Below, in pieces: positions 59,476 through 64,000 of a DNA stretch of 64,000 nt. The DNA comes from Podarcis bocagei (Eukaryota): assembly GCA_964188305.1 (NCBI GenBank), contig OZ076888.1; one strand, given 5' to 3'. Position 1 is the first letter of the stretch, and every line of letters starts with the position of its first letter. Position numbers and translations under genes: made by a program. Under the pieces are notes generated by a model, which was not told the origin of the DNA, ran no database searches, and saw only the letters and a program-made list of their open reading frames with translations.

Positions 59476-62400
59476 GATTAGACTATTAGAAATAGTGGTT
59501 TCGGGTATCCAAAGAACATTTAAAAAGTGCTTGACGCATTTCAGTTGCTAATGAATTGTCCGGAGACTATGGGTGGCGTTCAACCAAGTTTTACTCAGAG
59601 CAGACCCACTGAAATTAATGGATCACATATTTCTTAACTTCAATGGGCCTACTCCGAGTAGACGTTAGCTACTCTCTGTCTACCAGGTGCAGGAAACCTT
59701 TAGCCTGTCAGATGTTGTTGAACTACAACTTCCAGCATCCCTAGTCATCAACATGCTTGTTGAATCTGATGGGAACTTAAGTACAGCAAGGGCAAAAGGT
59801 TCCCAGTCCCCACACCTGGGCTATACTTGAAGTACTTAAAAGGCCTGATTCATCTGAAAGCCCTCTGTCCCATTCCTTAACTGATCCCTTTTGTCCTATT
59901 TCCTTCTTTCAGGAATCAGCAGGACTCTTTAATTTGGCCCCAAAGCAAACAGGGAAGGAGAGTGGGCCAGGAGACTTGTGGAGGAACAGAAGCAAAACAG
60001 ACCACCTGTATCCTGTCTCAGTGCCTCAAAGCATTGTAAAAAAAGAAAACCTAGATGGCATTCAATTCTTGCTAATAAGCAAACACCAAGCTATCCAAAC
60101 AATATGCACAATGGAAGTCCAGACTTCAAAGGAGCTCTACAAGAATTTAATAAGCCACCATTAAAGGCAAAACAAACTGAACTTTCTGATTGAATTGGAA
60201 AACATTGTTGAGTGCCTTAACACACTACATAACTGATCTACAATAAAAGGAATTAATTTAGCGGGGGGGGGGGAACCTTCAAATCCTAAAATGAGTGTGT
60301 TTGCAACACACTGTTGTTATATTTGCACACACACGCATACTTTAAATCTAACTACATTTTGTTTATCCTGTCTTGCTTTGGAACACAGAGGCCATTCAGC
60401 TTGTACAGCAGTGTTCAAAATTAGCCAGGCACTGAACATGATGCGGTTAATCACAAAGCATAGTTTGTCACTTTAGACAAGATGGCAAATTTGTCATATG
60501 CCAAGAGGAAGGGGATCACAGCAGGTGCTGGGAGGAAGAAACATGTAAGCCCAAGGGTCCTAGGAGGCTCATTCCTCTTAATAGCAAACCTTAGCTTTAA
60601 ATCTGAGCCATCTCAATGACTGTCAGCTGAATATGAACAAGGCCCCCAGAGTAAAGGCTGTATTTGAAGAGTTATTCAGACATCTATCTGTATGGGCTCT
60701 TGGCACACTCGTAAGCGTGCACAACACATTACTGATGTTGCAGTCATCAAGTGATGAGCATATATGGTAAATGTCTCTTCAGTATTTCAACATCTAGAGG
60801 TACTGGTAGTATCTGCCACCCATCCAAGAATTAATTTATTAATATAAGTAGGCTAGTAAAGCAAAGGCAAATTAGCATTGTCAACCTTTGGGTCTGACAG
60901 ACTTCATTTGCCTTTAACAGCTCCATGAAAAGCAGAAGTTCATCATGTGGGGCCGGGAGGGAGGGAGTTACATTGGTTTGGCATGTCATGGGGTTTAAAT
61001 TCACAGCAGCTCGTCCAGACCAAGTGTTACTAATGGTAGCCAGCCATGCCTGAAAGTTATTTTATGACCTACAAACTACACCAAAGATTTCTACAGCTTA
61101 TGAAGACTGAGGAAATCCCTGTATATAATTCTTGTAGGCACTGTCACACCACCTTAAAATATCAGAGTAAATGACTCAGGGTACTTTCAGACTGGAGTTT
61201 ATTCTGGAGTAGGTGTTGTTCATGGATGCAAGATTTGACAGCATCCACAAGACATCTGTATCATAATACAAGACTTTTTAATCCGTTTAATCTGAATTTC
61301 ACCTTACTATGCAAAGAAAAGAAAGTAAAAACAACCTATTATACAGCTACAGGCACGCCTGGTGCAGACGCTTATTACCTTGTTGTTTTTTTGGTAAGCA
61401 GTTTGTCATATGTGTTGTGACGTTTTGATGAGTGGTCTCTACTGCCACCCCTACTTCCATTTTTTCTCAACTGCACACAGCATAGTCACTTTGTTTCTGG
61501 CGACCCAAACAATCTCAGCCTATTTACCCATTTCCACCAACTGCCATACACTGAACACCTTCAAATTTCAGCCAACCAGTTCAGAGATGGTAGACATCTT
61601 CACACAGTATATGTATGGTATATCTCAGAGACAAACTGTAGTACATGCATTGAAACTTTAAAAAAATAGAGGTCTTATGCAATACCTTTCTTGCACAAGA
61701 CCTTCCCACTTTCCTCTGTGGTCTTGCACAAGACTTATTATATTTTTTAAAAAAATATGGAAATGAGTCACCCTGTAGAATCAAAAGTCTCAATTTTACA
61801 CGTCATAAAACATGATAACTAAGGGTTTTTAAGTTTGCTTTTGTGAATTTACAAGTGGGGGGATTAAAGGTGTGTACCCAGGTACAGAAATACTTGTGCA
61901 CCTATTTAAAACTGGAAAAGGTAGAAGAGCAAAGCAGTACTAATACAGCGGAGGAACAAGAAAACACAGCAGGGAAATATTCTGGCACCAACACCCACTA
62001 GTACTGATGGGGAAAAACATAATGCCTATGAAAATATGTGTCAACACTCATACCAATCATGCTCACAGAAAAACCAGATCTGAATGACCCATTTGCAATA
62101 TTAAGCCACTGCCTGAAAGCTCACTAATACCCGCATAGGCTTTTTACAGACATAAGTCACTTCTAATCAAGTGACCTTAAGGATTCATATGAATATTATT
62201 TTGCTAGTGACTCGAGTATATTGCCCGAACAATTTACATTTTACATGAGTGTAAGACCACATGCAGATTCTTTAAGGCATTGCTATGGATGTATATGTAA
62301 TAAAGAAGGTCTTAAACCAGTTCTAGAATTCCTAGGGATTCTATATAGTATACCCAACCTGTTCCATTAAGCTACTTATCTATCAGCACACACCTGAATG

Positions 62401-62479
62401 GAATCACTAAACAAGGTGCACCCTGCCAATATTTTAAAAAATGTGAAATGAAATGACTAGCTAGAATGAAATGACTAGC

Positions 62480-62805
62480 AATTTGGAAAGTACCCTTGAG
62501 GTAATCTAATCCAACCCCCTCTCTGCCCAGTGCAAGGAGTAACTACAGGATTTCTACCTCTGGCAAAGGAGGGCCCATCATCACCTACTCAGGTGGACTA
62601 TTCCACTGTCAAATGGTACTTAGCATTAGGAATGTTCTCCTTAAACCTAGCTGAAATCTGCTTCCCTACACTTTCCACCCACTGGTTCTAGTCCTGCCCT
62701 TTGGAGAAACAAAAAACAAGCCTGCTCCATCTTCTTCATTAAACCTGTCAGAAATCTGAAGACCACTCTCATGTCTCCCTTTAATCTTTTGGCGAGCCAA
62801 ACATA
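62480..62805 (-). mobile_element. CR1 LINE 3' fragment (degenerate)
   Basis: ttccactgtcaaat...ttaggaatgttctcct...gaaatctgctt...ggttctagtcctgccctttggag resembles the reverse complement of 2500-2800. Confidence 0.75.
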
Positions 62806-62950
62806 GGCTTGCTGTGGTCTAAACCACTGAGCCTCTTGGTCTTGGCGATCGGAAGGTTCAAATCCTCACGGTGGAGTGAGCGCCCATTGCTCTGTCCCAG
62901 CTCCTGCCAACCTAGCAGTTCAAAAGCACGCCAGTGCAAGTAGATAAATA

Positions 62951-63917
62951 CCGTATTTTTCGCCCTATAGGACGCACTTTTTCCCCTCCAAAAATGAAGG
63001 GGGAATCTGGGTGCGTCCTATGGGGCGAATGCAGGCTTTCGCTGAAGCCTGGAGAGCGAGAGGGGTCGGTGCGCACCGACCCCTCTCGCTCTCCAGGCTT
63101 CAGGAAGCTCTGCGCAACCCTCGGGAGACCGGCTCCGAGGGTTGCGCAGAGCTGCCTGCAGTCCCGGGATCAGCGCAGCTCTGCGCGGCCACCGGGAGCC
63201 GGGGGCGAAGCCCCGCTCCCGAAGGCCGCGCAGAGCTGCCTGCCGTCCCAGGACTGCAGGCAGATCTGCGCCGCCATTTGCAGTCCCGGGACTGCAGGCA
63301 GCTCTGCGCCACCATCCGGAGCGGGATGCTAAGTCCCGTCCCGCTCCAGATGGCGGCGCAGAGCTGCCTGCCGTCCCGGGATCAGCGCAGCTCTGCGCGG
63401 CCACCGGGAGCCGGGGGCGAAGCCCCGCCCCGCTCCGGATGGCGGCGCAGAGCTGCCTGCAGTCCCAGGATCAGCGCAGCTCTGCGCGGCCACCGGGAGC
63501 GGGGCGCGAAGTCCCGCCCCGCTCCGGATGGCGGCGCAGAGCTGCCTGCAGTCCCAGGATCAGCGCAGCTCTGTGCGGCCATCGGGAGCGGGGCGCTAAG
63601 TCCCGCCCCGCTCCGGATGGCGGCGCAGAGCTGCCTGCAGTCCCGGGATCAGCGCAGCTCTGCACGGCCACTGGGAGCGGGGCGCTAAGTCCTGCCCCGC
63701 TCCGGATGGCGGCGCAGAGCTGTCTGCAGTCCCGGGATCAGCGCACTTCTCCCCATCGCCAGACCCACAAGCTCGGGGGACAGCGGGGAGGCAGAGCGTG
63801 CCTTCCCACTGTTCCCCGACCTGGTTCTTCCAGCCCCGCACCTGGGGGGAAAATAATTTTTTTTTCTTTATTTCCCCCCAAAAAAACTAGGTGCGTCCCA
63901 TGGGCCGCAAAATACGG
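62951..63917. mobile_element. 967-bp Tc1/mariner-superfamily (Tc2/pogo-like) non-autonomous element with GC-rich cargo
   Basis: TA TSD; termini CCGTATTTT...AAAATACGG; subterminal GGACGCAC/GTGCGTCC repeats. Confidence 0.88.
63380..63735. repeat. 89-bp GC-rich minisatellite, 4 full units plus partial units
   Basis: GATCAGCGCA recurs at 63380, 63469, 63558, 63647 and 63736. Confidence 0.93.
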
Positions 63918-64000
63918 TAGGTACTGCTGTGGCAAGAAGGTAAACAGAGTTTCCATGCGTTCTGGCTTCTGTCACGGTGTTCCACTGCACCAGAAGCTGT

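Larger units (their letters stand above)
62811..64000 (+). mobile_element. Sauria SINE split by MITE insertion (62811-62950 and 63918-64000)
   Basis: ...gtgcaagtagataaaTA | TAggtac...gaaggtaaac... rejoins the SINE body seen at 12112-12165. Confidence 0.85.

Noticed and set aside
63380-63745. CRISPR-like repeat/spacer array
   Set aside because: Whole units are near-identical with no unique spacers, there are no cas genes, and the context is a vertebrate intron.
63000-63850. VPS26A promoter CpG island
   Set aside because: The CpG-rich tract is bounded by transposon termini and a TA duplication within a SINE; no ATG|GT exon 1 was found, so the true promoter is beyond the window.
62934-63956. 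Cluster of long ORFs (up to 225 aa) on both strands
   Set aside because: They translate the GC-rich tandem/palindromic array; repetitive, stop-poor, with no transposase or other domain.

Overview
Vertebrate (squamate, most likely lacertid lizard judging by its SINE families) genomic DNA carrying the conserved VPS26A - SUPV3L1 - HKDC1 (- HK1) block, all on the minus strand. Manual splicing gave HKDC1 complete (18 coding exons, 2754 nt, 917 aa, one GC-AG intron), SUPV3L1 complete (15 exons, 2379 nt, 792 aa, CpG-island promoter) and VPS26A exons 2-9 (981 nt; the ATG-bearing exon 1 lies beyond the right edge). Introns are full of Sauria SINEs (several with clean TSDs), Squam3-like SINEs, a tRNA-Lys/CR1-tail SINE, CR1 and L2 fragments, and Tc1/mariner- and hAT-type MITEs. 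The most notable unexplained items are: (i) a well-formed minus-strand exon at 375-471 encoding an 18-aa acidic, phase-0 N-terminus, a candidate alternative first coding exon of the downstream HK1; (ii) a young 967-bp TA-flanked MITE nested in a Sauria SINE, with a CpG-rich cargo containing a perfect 62-bp palindrome and an 89-bp hairpin minisatellite; (iii) inverted TE pairs bracketing exon blocks; (iv) a degenerate sugar-binding motif in the N-terminal half of HKDC1. I found no CRISPR, rRNA or functional tRNA genes, and no evidence of a wholly new multi-gene system. Most short ORFs in the track are noise or fragments of the exons above.
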